In this document: piece by piece, positions 60,790 through 64,000 of the stretch
How positions within the stretch are numbered: the stretch's first letter is position 1
Layout: each line of letters begins with the position of its first letter
Notes under the pieces: generated by a model
What the model saw: only the letters and a program-made list of their open reading frames with translations
What the model was told of the DNA's origin: nothing
The model's database searches: none
DNA from: Neoechinorhynchus agilis
Taxonomy: Eukaryota > Animalia > Acanthocephala
DNA: 64,000 bases
Direction of reading: 5' to 3'
Assembly: GCA_051530055.1 (NCBI GenBank)
Contig: CM121341.1
Span: forward strand, 10,952,784 to 11,016,783
Translations under genes and position numbers: made by a program

Positions 60790-63700
60790 ATCTAGCTCTA
60801 TTGTTGAAAATACAATAGAACGTTTTTTATCCGAAATAATTGCGACCGGTCTTTTGAATCGAGATTTTTCGCAAATCGAAAATCCAATGTGATTAAACCA
60901 GTTTTAAATCTAAACTACAGATATCAAAGTTCTTAACATCCGGGAAATTGGTGGTTTAAAAAACAAAATGTGGGCGAATAACACAAGTTTAGTTTTATTG
61001 TTGAAAATACAATAGAACGTTGTTCATCCGAAATAATTGCGACCGGGCTTTGGATTGGAGATTTTTCGCAAATCGAAAATCCAATGTGATTAATCCAATT
61101 TTTAATCTAAGATACAGATATCAAAGGTCTTAAAATCAGGGGAAATTTTTTGTTTAAAAAACAAAATGTGGGCGAATAACACAAGTTTAGTTTTATTGTT
61201 GAAAATACAATAGAACGTTGTTTATCCGAAATAATTGCGACCGGTCCTTTGATTCGAGATTTTTCGATAATCGACAATCCAATGTTATTAATCAAGTTTT
61301 AAATCTAAGCTACAGATATCAAAGTTCTTAACATCAGGGGAATTTTTTTGTTTAAAAAAGAAAATCGGGGCGAATAACACAAATTTAGTTTTATTGTTGA
61401 AAATACAATAGAACGTTGTTTATCCGAAACAATTGCGACCGGGATACGGATTCGAGATTGATCTTTCCGAAATCGAAAATGCTATGTGATAAATCCAGTT
61501 TTAAATCTAAGTTACAGAATTCAAAGTTCTTAACATCAGGGGAATTTTTTTGTTTAAAAAACAAAATGGAAACGAACAACACAAATTTAGTTTTATTGTT
61601 GAAAATACAATAGAACGTTGTTCATCCGAAATAATTGCGACCGGGATTCGGATTCGAGATTTTTCGGAAATCGAAAATCCAATGTGATTATTCCAGTTTT
61701 AAATCTAAACTACGGATATCAAAGTTCTTAACATCAGGGGAATTTTATGTTTAAAAACAAAATGGGAGGCGAATAACACCAATTTAGTTTTATTGTTGAA
61801 AATGCAAAAGAACGTTGTTTATCCGAAATAATTGCGACCGGGTTTTGGATTCGAGATTTTTAGGAAATCGAAAATCCAATGTGATTAATCCAGTTTTAAA
61901 TTTAAACAACAGATATCAAAGTTGTTAACATCAGGGGAATTTCTTGTTTAAGAAACAAAATGGCGGCGAATAACACAAATTTAGTTTTATTGTTAAAAAT
62001 AGAATAGAACGTTGTTTATCCGAAATAATTGCGACCGGGCATTGGATTCGAGATTTTTCGGAAATCGAAAATCCAATGTGATTAATCAAGTTTTAAATCT
62101 AAGCTACAGATATCAAAGTTCTTAACATCAGGGGAATTTTATGTTTAAAAACAAAATGGGAGGCGAATAACACCAATTTAGTTTTATTGTTGAAAATGCA
62201 AAAGAACGTTGTATATCCGAAATAATTGCGACCGGGTTTTGGATTCGAGATTTTTAGGAAATCGAAAATCCAATGTGATTAATCCAGTTTTAAATTTAAA
62301 CAACAGATATCAAAGTTGTTAACATCAGGGGAATTTCTTGTTTAAGAAACAAAATGGCGGCGAATAACACAAATTTAGTTTTATTGTTGAAAATACAATA
62401 GAACGTTGTTTATCCGAAATAATTGCGACCGGTCTTTTGCTTCGAGAGTTTTCGGAAATTGAAAATCCAATGTAATTAATCCAGTTTTAAATCTAAGCTA
62501 CAGATATCAAGGTATTTTACATCCGGGGAATTGGTGGTTTAATAAACAAAATGGGGGCGAATAATAAAAATTCAGTTTTATTGTTGAAAATACAATAGAA
62601 CGTTGTTTATCAGAAATAATTGCGACCGGGTTTCGCATTCGAGATTTTTCGGAAATTGAAAATCCAATGTAATTAATCCAGTTTTAAATCTAAGCTACCA
62701 ATATCAAAGTTCTTAACGCCAGGGGAACTTTTGTTTAGAAAACAAAATGGGGGCGAATAACACAAATTTAGTTTTATTGTTGAAAACACAATAGAACGTT
62801 GTTTATCCGAAACAATTGCGACCGGGATACGGATTCGAGATTGATCTTTCCGAAATCGAAAATGCAATGTGATAAATCCAGTTTTAAATCTAAGTTACAG
62901 AATTCAAAGTTCTTAACATCAGGGGATTTTTTTTGTTTAAAAAACAAATTGGGGGCGAATAACACAAATTTAGTTTTATTGTTTAAAATACAATAGAACG
63001 TTGTTTATCCGAAATAATTCCGACCGGGCTTTGGATTCGAGATTTTTCGCAAATCGAAAATCCAATGTGATTAATCCAGTTTTAAATCTAAGCTACAGAT
63101 ATCAAAGTTCTTAACATCCGGGAAATTGGTGGTTTAAAAAACAAAATGTGGGCGAATAACACAAGTTTAGTTTTATTGTTGAAAATACAATAGAACGTTG
63201 TTCATCCGAAATAATTGCGACCGGGATTCGGATTCGAGATTTTTCGGAAATCGAAAATCCAATGTGATTATTCCAGTTTTAAATCTAAACTACAGATATC
63301 AAAGTTCTTAACATCAGGGGAATTTTTTTGTTTAAAAAACAAAATGTGGTCGAATAACAAAAGTTTAGTTTTATTGTTGAAAATACAATTGAACGTTTTT
63401 TACGCGAAATAATTGCGACCGGCTATCGGATTCGAGATTTTTTGGAAATCGAAAATTCAATGTGATTAATCCAGTTTTAAATCTAAACTACGGATATCAA
63501 AGTTGTTAACATCAGGGGAATTTCTTGTTTAAGAAACAAAATAGGGCGAATAACACAAATTTAATTTTATTATTAAAAATACAATAAAACGTTCTTTATC
63601 CGAAATAATTGCGACCGGGCATCGGATTCGAGATTTTTCGGAAAGCGAAAATCCAATGTTATTTATCCAGTTTTAAATCTAAGCTACAGATATCAAAGTT

Positions 63701-64000
63701 CTTAACATCAGAGGAATTTTTTTGTTTTAAAAACAAAATGGGGGCGAATAACACAAATTTAGTTTTATTGTTGAAAATACAATATAACGTTGTTCGTCCG
63801 AAATAATTGCGACCGGTCTTTTGATTCGAGATTTTTCGGAAATTGAAAATCCAATGTCATTAATCAAGTTTTAAATCTAAACTACACATATCGAAGTTCT
63901 TAACATCCGGGGAATCGGTAATTTAAAAACAAAATGCGGGTGAATAACACAAATTTTATTTTATTGTTTAAAATACAATAGAACGTTGTTTAACCTAAAT
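60790..64000. repeat. Satellite array 3, about 17 copies of a roughly 185-bp unit, running off the window
   Basis: TTTTATTGTTGAAAATACAATAGAACGTTGTTTATCCGAAATAATTGCGACCGG recurs throughout. Confidence 0.97.

Noticed and set aside
61107-63806. Repeated 62-65 aa ORFs in satellite 3
   Set aside because: Present in only some units and on both strands, with frequent homopolymer indels; not coding.

Overview
AT-rich eukaryotic, most likely invertebrate metazoan, genomic DNA. It has compact genes with short GT-AG introns (mostly about 50-100 nt) and uses the standard code. Recognisable genes are citrate synthase, METTL6-like, Asn-tRNA synthetase, RBX1, CEP44, UBE2L3, a TRPM channel, gamma-glutamyl hydrolase, RPS3, a G-protein gamma subunit, an NPL/DHDPS-family protein, a divergent homeobox gene and NDUFS4, plus a few orphan ORFs. 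Repeats include three long satellite arrays (about 234, 267 and 185 bp units) and a palindromic 59-bp minisatellite. Decayed retroelements include six CRE-clade fragments, Ty3/Gypsy, RTE and L2/CR1-like pieces, a tRNA-derived SINE family and a MITE. The main signal outside the ORF track is a set of minimal type-I hammerhead ribozyme motifs with palindromic helix III, the Penelope-like element (PLE) type. Six have an intact core and several more are decayed. One closes a 1.08-kb PLE unit wedged between two satellites; this unit encodes the PLE N-terminal domain and a GIY-YIG nuclease but no reverse transcriptase, and its 5' end coincides with the predicted self-cleavage site. Notable protein-level oddities are an NPL homologue lacking its catalytic Lys and Tyr, RPS3 with a 95-aa tail, RBX1 with an acidic RING insertion, a homeodomain lacking Asn51, and a TRPM intron with no usable GT/GC donor. 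All calls come from reading the sequence by eye against remembered family consensus; no searches were run and repeat boundaries are approximate.
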